Positions 8,548 to 18,005 are shown, numbered from the stretch's first letter. The stretch: DNA of 45,876 bases from Candidatus Hydrogenedentota bacterium (GCA_046583315.1 JAYGCN010000254.1:1-45876), one strand, 5' to 3'. Numbers and translations are program-made. The notes: generated by a model from the sequence alone, not told the origin.

Positions 8548-8636
8548 GAAAGTCCTTTCGTGTTGACAGGCTCTATTATCCCAAATTGCCGTGGACCGAA
8601 TACAGGGATTTATTGCAGACGCAACCAACCCCTGAT

Positions 8637-10283
8637 ATGATAGTCGCCATGCCACAATTAATCATAGAGCAGCCGGGAGTCGCTCCATTGACGGTGGACC
8701 TGAAAGGCCCGGAAACCTCGTTTGGCCGTGCGGAGACGAATACGGTCGTGCTGATTGCCGATGAAATCTCACGCAACCACGCACGCATTCGTTTCGTACG
8801 CGAAAAAACAATTCTGGACGACCTGGAAAGCCTTAACGGCACCTATGTGAACCGTCAGCGCATCGTGGAGCGCGTACTGAACGACAACGACGAGCTGTGG
8901 TTCGGAAGCAAATGCCGCGCCGTATTCAAAGACGATTCGCAGGAGGTGCTTGATCAGCGCAAGAAGGCATCCACCATCGCCTTCGATCTTGCGAAGATCA
9001 AAAATGAGATGGACAGCGTCACCGCCTCGATGAGCATGATTCATCCGGTCGGCAAGATCGATAATGCTGCGGCAGACGTTCCTATGCCCCAAGAGCTTGA
9101 TCCGGAAGTCATGGCACGGGCGTTTCGACGTCTTGATGCCTTGTACAAAGCGACCCAGTTAATCTCCTCAGAATTTGATTTGCAGAAACGGATCAGTGAT
9201 GTACTCGACCTGGCGATGGAAGTGACCAATGCCGATCGTGGATTCCTGATGATGAAAGCGCTCGACTCGGACGAGCTCACGGTTCAGGTGAAACGGGATA
9301 AAGATAACGCTATCGAGTCGAGTTCGCCGAGTATGGGAATTGCCCGGCGTGCGGCCATCGATGGCGAGCCCGTGCTGATGTCCGATTCGGATGCAGATTC
9401 GGATTTCGGCGGGCGTGAAAGTATCATCATGCAGCGCATCGAAACGGCGATGTGCGTGCCGTTGCGGGTGGGTGATGACGACGTAATCGGCTCGTTGTAT
9501 GTGGATGCCCAGAATACCTACGCCTCGTTTACCGAAGAAGACCTCGAACTCTTCAACGCCATGGCCAGCCAGGCCGCTATGGCCATTGAAAATGTTCGCC
9601 TCTATCAGCGGATGGTTGAGTCGGAGAAAAAACGTGCTGATCTCGGCCGTTTTTTGTCCCCTGCCGTAGTCTCCATAATTATGAATGAAGACCAGGAAAT
9701 CCAGCTGGGCGGTGACAAGAAGAACGCCACCATTCTCTATTGCGACATTCGCGGGTTTACCCCTTTATCAGAAGGCCTTTCTCCAGCCGCGTTGGTCGAG
9801 TTGCTCAATGAACATTTCACGGCTATGACCGAAATTGTGTTCCGATTCAAGGGTACACTGGATAAGTATATTGGCGATGAGGTCATGGCACTGTTCGGGG
9901 CACCGTTTTCGATTGAGGACGACGCACTCATGGCGGTTCGTGCAGGCATCGCGATGCAGAAGCGAAATGCAGAGCTGAACGTGCTACGTGAACAGAACAA
10001 TTTCCCCACCTTCCATATCGGTGTCGGGATCAATTCGGGGGACGTGTTTTCCGGATATATCGGCTCGCCCGAACGCCTTGACTACACGGTGATGGGCGAT
10101 GTGGTGAATATCGCGTCGCGCTTATGCTCGGTGGCCAAAGGCGAACAAATTATCATCGGGAGCGAAACCAACCATCAAGTAAAAGAACATGTGATCACCG
10201 AAGCCGAAGGCGGCACTGTGTTGAAAGGCAAATCCGAATTGGTGGAAGCCTTCAAGGTCATCGGCGAGAAGTCAAACGGTTAA
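8637..10283 (+). CDS. FHA-GAF-class III adenylate/guanylate cyclase signalling protein
   Basis: An N-terminal FHA-like segment (…TSFGRAETNTVVLIADEISRNHARIRF…LNGTYVN) is followed by a GAF-like region (DLAMEVTNADRGFLMM…). The C-terminal nucleotidyl cyclase domain reads ATILYCDIRGFTPLSE…KYIGDEVMALFGAP…GVGINSGDVFSGYIGS. Start taken at MIVAMPQ (8637); the ORF opens at 8586. Confidence 0.8.
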   Translation: MIVAMPQLIIEQPGVAPLTVDLKGPETSFGRAETNTVVLIADEISRNHARIRFVREKTILDDLESLNGTYVNRQRIVERVLNDNDELWFGSKCRAVFKDDSQEVLDQRKKASTIAFDLAKIKNEMDSVTASMSMIHPVGKIDNAAADVPMPQELDPEVMARAFRRLDALYKATQLISSEFDLQKRISDVLDLAMEVTNADRGFLMMKALDSDELTVQVKRDKDNAIESSSPSMGIARRAAIDGEPVLMSDSDADSDFGGRESIIMQRIETAMCVPLRVGDDDVIGSLYVDAQNTYASFTEEDLELFNAMASQAAMAIENVRLYQRMVESEKKRADLGRFLSPAVVSIIMNEDQEIQLGGDKKNATILYCDIRGFTPLSEGLSPAALVELLNEHFTAMTEIVFRFKGTLDKYIGDEVMALFGAPFSIEDDALMAVRAGIAMQKRNAELNVLREQNNFPTFHIGVGINSGDVFSGYIGSPERLDYTVMGDVVNIASRLCSVAKGEQIIIGSETNHQVKEHVITEAEGGTVLKGKSELVEAFKVIGEKSNG

Positions 10284-10835
10284 CCAGCTCTTTCGCAAAA
10301 AAAACCGCCACACGACGATGCCCGAAAGTCCCAGCCCCCCAAGCAGAATAACCCCGTGAAGCCACCATTGCATGATGCCCCCACCGCCGCCGGAAGTCGT
10401 CGCCTCAGGAACCGCCACGGTCGCGCTCGCAGCCTCCGTTACGATTCCCGCCTCACTTGCAATTTCAAGCGATCGTTGCGCGAGATCGAACTCGGATTCC
10501 AATACCCAGAGCGGCCCGGTGTCTCCTTGAATCTCGATGCCCCCATGCGCCTTCCAGCTTTCTTTGATACGCCGACTGCGCGTATGAGTCGGTTCGGCGT
10601 AGAATTCTTCGATCTTCGTGAGGCGCAGATTCTCGATTCGCACACTTCGAATCCAAGGCTCCTCGATAGTAACTTTGAAGGTTTGCAGTTTGAGTTTATC
10701 GGGATCGACCAAAGCGTAAATCGGTACTTCGGATTCTTTCATGACAAAAACGTATGCTTCACGGGCATTCTGGGCCGCAACCGAAAGAGAAATAAGGAAG
10801 CACGTTATCAGCAGGTATGGAACTTTCATGTGCAT
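10272..10835 (-). CDS. Hypothetical exported protein with an N-terminal signal peptide, a Gly-rich linker and a C-terminal hydrophobic anchor
   Basis: MKVPYLLITCFLISLSVAAQ signal-like N-terminus with the start taken at MHMKV. Near the C-terminus is TSGGGGG followed by a hydrophobic helix (LHGVILLGGLGLSGIVVW). No recognisable enzymatic motif. Confidence 0.45.
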   Translation of the reverse strand: MHMKVPYLLITCFLISLSVAAQNAREAYVFVMKESEVPIYALVDPDKLKLQTFKVTIEEPWIRSVRIENLRLTKIEEFYAEPTHTRSRRIKESWKAHGGIEIQGDTGPLWVLESEFDLAQRSLEIASEAGIVTEAASATVAVPEATTSGGGGGIMQWWLHGVILLGGLGLSGIVVWRFFLRKSWLTV

Positions 10836-10849
10836 GAGTATATAAACCT

Positions 10850-11503
10850 GTGAGCGAATTGACAAGTTCAGTCAAAGTCGATAAGCTTTTTGCGGAGTAC
10901 ACGGAAACCCTGATGAACAATCCCCTGATTCTTATATCCATTCTTGGACTCATTCTTGCCCTGGGCGGCATGACCGTGCTGACACCACGCCTGTTGTCAG
11001 AGAATAAAACGCGGCGGCAGGAACGAAAAACCTGCACCCATACATGCCCCAATTGCCAGCACGACACCTCGCTTAACCCCAATGGCATGCGCCATCTTAG
11101 TGTCACCGAGTCGGCGTTGTTGATTCGGGAAATCCCGGATGCGCCGCAACATGACCTTGCAGACATTCGCTGCAAGGCATGCCAATCGTCCCTGGTATTT
11201 CGTGTCGATCAATGGCCTCCAGGCTTTCTCGCGGTCAACGTCATCGAAGGCCACACGGCGAAGAACAGTTGCACCCAATGCCGGATACCGTTGATGCCAC
11301 CTGAATTTCCCGCAGGGGCTTACGATGGGGATCACGACGCATTACAGCGATTACCCGCGCATGTGGGTCTGATCTGCTCGCGTTGCGAAGCGATCAATTG
11401 TATTTCGTGTGTGGTTGACGCGACCCGAAATCGTACGCAAGATGGCTCCCTGTTGTGCCCTCGCTGTTATCGAGGACCCGTGGACAAGGTGCATCATTTT
11501 TAA
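10850..11503 (+). CDS. Membrane-anchored Cys-rich protein with multiple CxxC zinc-ribbon-like motifs
   Basis: One hydrophobic helix (LILISILGLILALGGMTVL) is followed by CPNCQ, CKAC, CTQC, CSRC…CISC and CPRC pairs. The start is uncertain; M22 at 10913 is possible. Confidence 0.5.
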   Translation: MSELTSSVKVDKLFAEYTETLMNNPLILISILGLILALGGMTVLTPRLLSENKTRRQERKTCTHTCPNCQHDTSLNPNGMRHLSVTESALLIREIPDAPQHDLADIRCKACQSSLVFRVDQWPPGFLAVNVIEGHTAKNSCTQCRIPLMPPEFPAGAYDGDHDALQRLPAHVGLICSRCEAINCISCVVDATRNRTQDGSLLCPRCYRGPVDKVHHF

Positions 11504-11513
11504 CGAGATGTGT

Positions 11514-12533
11514 ATGATAACGAGAATGAATATTTCGACAACAATAATACGAATTGCCTTGGTGGGGGTACTGGGACTGTTGCTGTCCTGCGCCTCGACG
11601 ACGATGTCCAACGATGTTTCGGAAAATATTTCCGTAGCAAAGGCCTTAACACAGGACGAGACAAAACACACCGCGGAATACCTCAAACAATCGATCGGAC
11701 TAATTCTGCGCGACCTGGGCACAAAAACTACCGACGGCCTGGTACTCATGAACGGGCTTGAGAATGTAACCATCGCTGAATTCCAGATCACCGAACAGAC
11801 CACGGCCCAGGCCCTGTCATCGCTCTCCGAGTTGACGGGCGTATCGACCCATCTCACACCGTATTATACCTTCGTTTATGATCCCACCTATGAAACGCTG
11901 GTAACACTGCAAATCGAACAGGAATTGCCCGCGCGCTACCTGGAAACGATGGTCAATATTTCCATCGGCGCAGACACGCCTCTGTTCAGCGCCTTGGCAT
12001 TGCTCGGACATTCGACCGGGCTGACCCTGGTGGCGGACAATGCCATCGGGGACGCACAATGCGGCGAGCTTTCACTCCCCAACGTCCCTCTGCCCCAGGC
12101 ATTGGAGGCATTATTGCAATCGGCCCGTATTCCCCAGAGCAGCGTGGGGCTGCGTGTGCATGATGATTACTTATTTTTCTATTCCGCAGGCCATGCCTTC
12201 GCAACGAATCTGCTGAAAGAGCCCATCTCCGCCGCCGATCGACGCGCATTGGACGAATCCTGCTCGATTTCGCTGCTCGTCTATACCACCCCCGACAATC
12301 AGATTTCCAGCCAGCTAGGCGCGTCACGATTACACAGCGTGTTACCGGAGTTGTCCCTGCAATTGGGTATGCCGGTGAGAGCGACCGAAGAAATCCTGCA
12401 CCTGCCTGTGAATCCGGTGGTCATGAACGACATCAGCCGCGCAACCGCGCTGGAATTGTTGATGCAACAGTGGCTCGTCCCCGCATTTCAATATCAGGTG
12501 CAAGACGGAACCGTCCTGATTTTTCGTCGCTGA
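11514..12533 (+). CDS. Putative lipoprotein of unknown function
   Basis: Signal peptide with a lipobox, MITRMNISTTIIRIALVGVLGLLLSC|AS. About 335 aa, no known motif. The upstream ORF extension to 11409 overlaps the preceding gene and lacks signal-peptide logic. Confidence 0.55.
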   Translation: MITRMNISTTIIRIALVGVLGLLLSCASTTMSNDVSENISVAKALTQDETKHTAEYLKQSIGLILRDLGTKTTDGLVLMNGLENVTIAEFQITEQTTAQALSSLSELTGVSTHLTPYYTFVYDPTYETLVTLQIEQELPARYLETMVNISIGADTPLFSALALLGHSTGLTLVADNAIGDAQCGELSLPNVPLPQALEALLQSARIPQSSVGLRVHDDYLFFYSAGHAFATNLLKEPISAADRRALDESCSISLLVYTTPDNQISSQLGASRLHSVLPELSLQLGMPVRATEEILHLPVNPVVMNDISRATALELLMQQWLVPAFQYQVQDGTVLIFRR

Positions 12534-12545
12534 CGAGAAACGACG

Positions 12546-13205
12546 CTATCCCTGCAACGCGATGAGTTTCGTCATAAATCTGACGGCGTGCTCCTGCATT
12601 TCAATCGCAATGGATTCAACCTGCTTGCTAAAGTAACTGTGAAACGCGAGCGCCGGGATGGCAACACTCAATCCCGCGACGGTCGTGATCAACGCTTTGC
12701 TGATCCCGTCAGAGAGTACCTGCGCATCGCCCAATCCATACGCCGTGATGGCATCAAAAACCGTCACCATGCCGAGCACAGTCCCAAGCAAACCGATGAG
12801 CGGACTGATCCCCGCAACGATTTCCAGCAGCAACAATCCGCGTTCAAGTTTCTCGACTTCTTTGCGGCCCGTGGAATGGAGCATTTCAATCATTTGATGA
12901 TGCTCAAGTTGACGCGAGCCGATGAGCACTTCGATAATGCGACCAAAGGGACTCGTATGACTGCGACACATCTTCACGGCTGAATCCACGGACTCTTCAC
13001 CCTGATAAAGTTCGATCAGATCCAAGACGTTCTGCGGAATGGCGCGTCGTCGTCGCAAGGCAATGATTCGTTCAAAGGCCACGGCAAGACCGGATACCGA
13101 ACAGATGGCCAGCGGTATCATGGGCCAGCCGCCTTGTTTTAGAAATTCGATTGATTCGTTCAGCAATGCTTGTGTTTCCTTTTCTACATGTACGAAAATC
13201 GCCAC
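12546..13205 (-). CDS. ExbB/TolQ-family proton-channel protein
   Basis: 219 aa with three hydrophobic helices and the conserved …GISPLIGLLGTVLGMVTVFDAI… segment (ExbB/TolQ LGLLGTV.GM motif). It overlaps the upstream TonB-like gene by 22 nt. Confidence 0.8.
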   Translation of the reverse strand: MAIFVHVEKETQALLNESIEFLKQGGWPMIPLAICSVSGLAVAFERIIALRRRRAIPQNVLDLIELYQGEESVDSAVKMCRSHTSPFGRIIEVLIGSRQLEHHQMIEMLHSTGRKEVEKLERGLLLLEIVAGISPLIGLLGTVLGMVTVFDAITAYGLGDAQVLSDGISKALITTVAGLSVAIPALAFHSYFSKQVESIAIEMQEHAVRFMTKLIALQG

Positions 13206-14260
13206 CGGATATCAACATTTCGGCTTCGATAGATTTCCGGCACTTCAAAACCCAATTCCGGGAAAGGCGCGGCATCTCGAATGGATTCTCGGCACAGTAT
13301 CGCAAAGGTCATCGACGTTCCCGGATCGATAATTTCCACCGATTCTATCATGCCATCGGGTCGAATCGAACATAGAATGATAGCCTCGACACGCCGGACA
13401 CTGGGATAGCGCATTCGAATAGCGCTATGCCACTCAAATTCCACGCGTTTGCGCACCTGCAACATGAATTCACCCAATTCGTGACTCTTCGCCTCGAAAT
13501 TGATCACGCCGCTCTCCGATGCGCCTCCACCCTCGCGAGTCCGTCCCGCACGAAGGCTCTGCTCGATCACCCTGGGCGGTGGCGGCACTTCGGGTGCAGT
13601 CGCCCTCGCCACTTGAAAGCGTTCCCCCGGCTCCTCCTCAGGTTCGACGGGCTCGATGGGCTCTTCGGCGTCGGAATTGTCTTCGTTCTCCTGCGCAACC
13701 ATCTCTTCGAGTTCAGCCAACACCGTTTCGATCACATCTTGCCCCTCAGGCTCCGGAGCAGCCTCGTTTACCTCGTCGAGCGCTTCTTCCACGGGAGCGA
13801 CGGGTTCTTCAAGTGCAACAATCTCCTCCGTCGGCTGTTCCACATTGGCAGGTTCAGGCGGCAACTCGACAATCGTGGGCGTTTGTAGAATTGGCTCTGT
13901 GGGCACATGTTCTATCGCGTCGAAGTCGTCGATTACTTCCGATACCGGCGCGACACGCTCACCTGTTTCGTCCGATTCGTCGCGCGCCTTGCTGTTTTGA
14001 TCGGAAATCAGATCCGTATCGGCAACTTCTTCATCGGTAGGATCGGGGGTTTCAATGATACGCTTCACCCGCTCCGGTTCCGCCTCGGGATCAGGTTCCG
14101 GCTCGGGGGCTTGCTCCAATCGAAAGACGAGTGGAGCGGGTTGTGCCTGCGCCATCGGTTTTGGTTTCGCTTCGACACGTGACTGCGCCATCCACAGCAT
14201 GGCAATGTGGACGACGATCGATATCACGGTTGTCATAAGCACGCGACGTGAGTAGGTCAT
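13184..14260 (-). CDS. TonB-family energy transducer (N-terminal anchor, Pro/Glu-rich spacer, C-terminal TonB domain)
   Basis: An N-terminal helix (VLMTTVISIVVHIAMLW) is followed by a long stretch of PEPEPDPEAEPE…PV.PVEEA repeats. The C-terminus …EFEWHSAIRMRYPSVRRVEAIILCSIRPDGMIESVEII… has the TonB_C-like YP motif. Confidence 0.7.
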   Translation of the reverse strand: MTYSRRVLMTTVISIVVHIAMLWMAQSRVEAKPKPMAQAQPAPLVFRLEQAPEPEPDPEAEPERVKRIIETPDPTDEEVADTDLISDQNSKARDESDETGERVAPVSEVIDDFDAIEHVPTEPILQTPTIVELPPEPANVEQPTEEIVALEEPVAPVEEALDEVNEAAPEPEGQDVIETVLAELEEMVAQENEDNSDAEEPIEPVEPEEEPGERFQVARATAPEVPPPPRVIEQSLRAGRTREGGGASESGVINFEAKSHELGEFMLQVRKRVEFEWHSAIRMRYPSVRRVEAIILCSIRPDGMIESVEIIDPGTSMTFAILCRESIRDAAPFPELGFEVPEIYRSRNVDIRWRFSYM

Positions 14261-14345
14261 AGTCGTTGGCCGTTAATCTCCTACCCCAGTATACCGCGAG
14301 ATGTGGAATGAAAGAAAGATTCGTTCTCGATCGGTGCCCGATCTA

Positions 14346-14633
14346 CTACTGGGCGAGCTCCCGATTCAGTTGATATACGAAGGCCAATATTTCCGCCACG
14401 GCCTTGAATAGATGCTCGGGTATCTCCGCACTCAGATCGAGTACGGCCAAAATATTGACGAGATCGGGATCTTCGTGGATATGAATATCGTGTTCCTTGG
14501 CCAGTGTGAGAATCTTCTCCGCGATATACCCGGCACCAGTCGCGATGATTTTGGGTGCTCCCTCGCCGTCTTTGTCGTAGTGGAGCGCGACCGCTTTTTT
14601 TCCACGCGTTGGTTTCGGCGTTGAATCGCTCAT
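14346..14633 (-). CDS. Stand-alone FlhB C-terminal-domain protein (FhlB/YlqH-like)
   Basis: KKAVALHYDKDGEGAPKIIATGAGYIAEKILTLAKEHDIHIHEDPDLVNILAVLDLSAEIPEHLFKAVAEILAFVYQL resembles the FlhB/EscU cytoplasmic C-domain. ATGA start/stop overlap with the upstream fliK-like ORF. Confidence 0.75.
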   Translation of the reverse strand: MSDSTPKPTRGKKAVALHYDKDGEGAPKIIATGAGYIAEKILTLAKEHDIHIHEDPDLVNILAVLDLSAEIPEHLFKAVAEILAFVYQLNRELAQ

Positions 14634-15856
14634 GCGCTTATATCCAGCCCCGAAAGCGGTGCGAGTAGATCGGCCAGCGCAGAGAGTCTATCATGCTCTT
14701 CGGTGGTCGCCTGAACGGACACATCGGAAAAATGCCCCCTTCGGAGCCGTTCAGCAAGTGACTCAGAGGCATCCAGAATCACGCCCGCAATGGACTCCGA
14801 TTCCACGTGGAATCGGCATGCGCACCAATCGTCACGATGTTTCATTTCCATCCACACATTTCCAAGCTTCGACAGTTGAAGGTCCAGAATTACGCTGCCT
14901 TCACTTTTTCCATTCTCGCCTCCCGAAGATTCGCGACCCAATATGTGAAGCTGGGCGCGCTGGATGTCTGGCCCGAGTGGCAGATTCAAGAACACATACG
15001 GCACATCCGAAGATCGCGCATTTTGCAAATGCTGTCCCGCGGATTGATCCTGCAAGACATCTACTGCGGAGCGAAAGTTTTGAATTTCAGCGTCTCCCCC
15101 GAGCAGCGATAACACTGCAGAATCATTTCGCATCAACGCGAGTAAGTGATACAGGCCTGATGACTGCGCATCGAGATTCGCGCCGGGGGACACGCCTTCG
15201 CTTGCCGCAGCATGAATCGCCGCCAGCGGTGCGCGGTGCATCTGGTCATGAACGAGCCGCACGAGGCCTTCGATGGCATCCGGACGCGCAAGATCAACTC
15301 CCTTCCCCAGCAAGGCGAGAATCCGTTGCGCAGTCTCAGGAAGAATGCCTTTCGAAGCGGCTCCCTGCAACAGATGTACGAGCGTCTCTCGGGCGTCGGA
15401 GGCCGCGGCAATCGTGTGCACCTGAAAAACGTCGAGCGCAAGACGTAGTATGGCCGCGACGGAGGGCAGTGATGCTGGCGATAATGCGCTAGCGTGTTGC
15501 ACGGGCAATGATTGTAAGCCGGGGATTTCGTGGAGGAGCATCTGTAGCACCGCTGCGGGTGCCGAATTCGGAACGGCTGGCGCGGACGATGACGTACTCA
15601 GTGCTCCCGGCGTAATAATTACTTTTGGACCGTCAGGCTGGGACACAATCTGCACGGTGACCGGATCGCCATGCGCGAGAGTGGTCGATGTCGGCAAGGG
15701 AATACGCGTACCGGACAAATTAACGTGGCGTTGCGCGCCGGAACCGGTGACGTGGGCTTCTACAGGTACGCCCGATTTGATGGATTGCATAAGCTGCAAC
15801 AGAGTGTCGGTCAACGCAACCGTGATCGGGGTAAAACCACCGAGATGGGACATCAT
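14630..15856 (-). CDS. FliK-like flagellar hook-length control protein (tentative)
   Basis: 408 aa. The N-terminal two-thirds is Ala/Leu/Gln/Ser-rich and low-complexity. The C-terminus …SVILDLQLSKLGNVWMEMKH…VESESIAGVILDASESLAERL resembles the Flg_hook domain (LRL.P.eLG.v.v.l). Gene context: flagellar cluster, coupled to the FlhB-CTD gene. Confidence 0.45.
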   Translation of the reverse strand: MMSHLGGFTPITVALTDTLLQLMQSIKSGVPVEAHVTGSGAQRHVNLSGTRIPLPTSTTLAHGDPVTVQIVSQPDGPKVIITPGALSTSSSAPAVPNSAPAAVLQMLLHEIPGLQSLPVQHASALSPASLPSVAAILRLALDVFQVHTIAAASDARETLVHLLQGAASKGILPETAQRILALLGKGVDLARPDAIEGLVRLVHDQMHRAPLAAIHAAASEGVSPGANLDAQSSGLYHLLALMRNDSAVLSLLGGDAEIQNFRSAVDVLQDQSAGQHLQNARSSDVPYVFLNLPLGPDIQRAQLHILGRESSGGENGKSEGSVILDLQLSKLGNVWMEMKHRDDWCACRFHVESESIAGVILDASESLAERLRRGHFSDVSVQATTEEHDRLSALADLLAPLSGLDISA

Positions 15857-15875
15857 TCACCTCCCGGCGCGTATC

Positions 15876-16772
15876 CTAGGCCTGCTTCTCACGCATGTTC
15901 AGAATGAGTTTGATCTCGCCCTTGCCTACACCCAGTTCGCGGGCAATTTCCGGGATACGCATCCCCGCATCGCTAAATTCGTAGATTCTACGTTGCACAG
16001 GCGTGAGCGATTGTTCCAAGGCATTACCGCCTGCGGTCACCTCGGCGAAATCCGCCGCCGAATCGTTCGTTTTCATATCGAGAAGCGCGCGAAACGCATC
16101 GCGCGAAGCCTCCGGGTCATCCGGCTCTAACGGTTCAGGCAACCGCGCGGGTTCAGGGGCTTCCGTCGCGCCAAAATCCACACCGGCCCAATTATCAATG
16201 AAGTCAGGTTTGCGCGTCGGTTTGCTCGCGATGGCATTCAACGGAGGCAAGGGGGCTACTTGGGTAACGTGATCGTCTTCATCATCAAAGGGAACCGGCG
16301 TACCGATGCGCGCATCCGGTTCTGGCAATTTGGTTTCGGTCGGCGCATCGGATTCTTCAACGTCGGAATCCACACCAGAATCATCCCCGCCCGGTAATTG
16401 CTCGTTAAGGTATCCCATGCGACGATTGAGACTGGCCAATTGTTCCTTGGTATCCCGAAGGAGTTCGTCGAGCTCCGTCTGCGCAACCGTGACGCTGGCC
16501 TTTAGCGCGCCAGCTGATTCGATGGTCGTGCGTACGTCGGCAACTTTTCGATCAATACTCAGGTTGAGTTGCCGCGCGAGTTCCTTTTGTTGCTCGACAG
16601 TCTCCCGCATCGATTGAAAAAGGATCATCATATTGGTGAGATCCCCGGAGGTCGCGTTCATGCCACCGCCGCCCAGGCGCGCATTGCGCAACAGAAAAAA
16701 AAGCAGAGAACAACCCGATACGATCATGACCAGCAACGAAGCCGTAATTAATGCAAAGTATGTTTCGTTCAT
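15876..16772 (-). CDS. Membrane-anchored protein with a coiled-coil and a C-terminal sigma-70 region-4-like HTH
   Basis: An N-terminal helix (ALITASLLVMIVSGCSLLFFLL) is followed by a coiled-coil segment, an acidic/Pro-rich linker and a C-terminal LTPVQRRIYEFSDAGMRIPEIARELGVGKGEIKLIL. It sits within the flagellar gene cluster. Confidence 0.5.
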   Translation of the reverse strand: MNETYFALITASLLVMIVSGCSLLFFLLRNARLGGGGMNATSGDLTNMMILFQSMRETVEQQKELARQLNLSIDRKVADVRTTIESAGALKASVTVAQTELDELLRDTKEQLASLNRRMGYLNEQLPGGDDSGVDSDVEESDAPTETKLPEPDARIGTPVPFDDEDDHVTQVAPLPPLNAIASKPTRKPDFIDNWAGVDFGATEAPEPARLPEPLEPDDPEASRDAFRALLDMKTNDSAADFAEVTAGGNALEQSLTPVQRRIYEFSDAGMRIPEIARELGVGKGEIKLILNMREKQA

Positions 16773-16884
16773 GGCAACAACCCGGAGCCCCGTTTACAAC
16801 CGCATTTGGTGTACACCGTTATACCGCGTATGCTTGGGAAAACGCAAATTATGCACATTCGGCCGTCCCTCTTGAAATCAACGC

Positions 16885-17223
16885 CTATATCGTTACGTCC
16901 AGATCGTGATCATCCGGATCCTGCAAAACTTCCTTCTCTTCACTGGCCGTATAGACTGTGTGCGACTGTTCGTTAGTGGGCCCTTTTTTCCGTTTTCCGC
17001 GTTTTTTCGCCGAAGGATTCTTGTTGCGCCCGTCTGCATCGATCCGCGAATGCTCGGCTTTCTCGGTCTCGTTTACCTGGGTCTCGCGAGCGTGATCGTT
17101 TTCCTTCGATTCGGTCGCCGCATGTTGTTGCGCGGCCAGCGATGAACGGCTGGCCACATCCTGCATGCGTTCGGCCATGTGTACCCGTGAAATTTCAGAC
17201 AGCATGTCGATAGGCTGAGGCAT
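16885..17223 (-). CDS. Hypothetical charged, low-complexity protein immediately downstream of fliA
   Basis: 112 aa rich in E/K/R/S and predicted to be largely disordered, with no conserved motif. Position and size are compatible with, but not evidence for, an anti-sigma-28 (FlgM-like) role. Confidence 0.35.
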   Translation of the reverse strand: MPQPIDMLSEISRVHMAERMQDVASRSSLAAQQHAATESKENDHARETQVNETEKAEHSRIDADGRNKNPSAKKRGKRKKGPTNEQSHTVYTASEEKEVLQDPDDHDLDVTI

Positions 17224-17234
17224 ATGAACCTCCG

Positions 17235-18005
17235 TCAGGTTTCGGCGCCCTGATTCCGTACTACCTTCTTCAGTTTCTTGATCGCTGCACTATGAATCTG
17301 ACTGATTCGAGATTCCGACACGTCGAGTACCGCGCCGATCTCCTTGAGCGTCAATTCTTCGTAGTAGTATAAGTTTAACAGTTTTTGCTGCTGATCGGGA
17401 AGCGCAAGAATAGCCTGTACCAGCAGCTCCTGACGCTCCATTTCAACGACCGCCGTCTCAGGAGTGGGCGCGTCAGGGTCGCTGGTCACATCAATCTTAC
17501 GGTTTTCATCGCCGTCTCCGCGGGGTAGATAATCGTCCAACGAGAGCACATGGGCCGTCTGAATTTGCGCCAGGCAGTCTTCCACTTGCTCTTCCGTCGA
17601 TTCGATCTCCGAGCCTATTTCCTCGAAGGACGGTTCGTGTCCCAATTCATGACGAAGCTTGTCGCGCGCGCCGCCTACTTTGCGCGCCATCGCGCGTAAC
17701 GAACGCGGTGCCCAATCCAGGGTGCGGATTTGATCAATGATGGACCCGCGAATCCGAATCGTCGCGTAAGTGGTGAACTTGACATTTTGTTGGTGATCAA
17801 ATTTCTCGACCGCATCCATCAAACCCAAAACACCCCAACCGACGAGGTCGTCAAGTTCCACGCTGGAGGGTACGTGTATGGCCATGCGCCCAGCCACGTA
17901 CTTGACGATGCGCATGTGTTTGATAATGAGCTGTTCGCGCGCATCATCGTCGCCCTGCTCTTTGAAGGCGACCCACTGCTCTTGTTCTGACGTTTCCTGA
18001 ATCAC
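17235..18005 (-). CDS. fliA: RNA polymerase sigma-28 factor FliA (flagellar sigma factor)
   Basis: Sigma-70 region 2 (…IVKYVAGRMAIHVPSSVELDDLVGWGVLGLMDAVEKFD…KFTTYATIRIRGSIID), region 3 and region 4 (LLNLYYYEELTLKEIGAVLDVSESRISQIH). Start/stop overlap with fliY. Confidence 0.9.
   Translation of the reverse strand: MIQETSEQEQWVAFKEQGDDDAREQLIIKHMRIVKYVAGRMAIHVPSSVELDDLVGWGVLGLMDAVEKFDHQQNVKFTTYATIRIRGSIIDQIRTLDWAPRSLRAMARKVGGARDKLRHELGHEPSFEEIGSEIESTEEQVEDCLAQIQTAHVLSLDDYLPRGDGDENRKIDVTSDPDAPTPETAVVEMERQELLVQAILALPDQQQKLLNLYYYEELTLKEIGAVLDVSESRISQIHSAAIKKLKKVVRNQGAET

Noticed and set aside
16885-17223. Calling the ORF after fliA an FlgM anti-sigma factor.
   Set aside because: Only position and size fit. 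The conserved C-terminal sigma-28-binding helices of FlgM are not recognisable. It is kept as a hypothetical, with the idea recorded as a testable finding.
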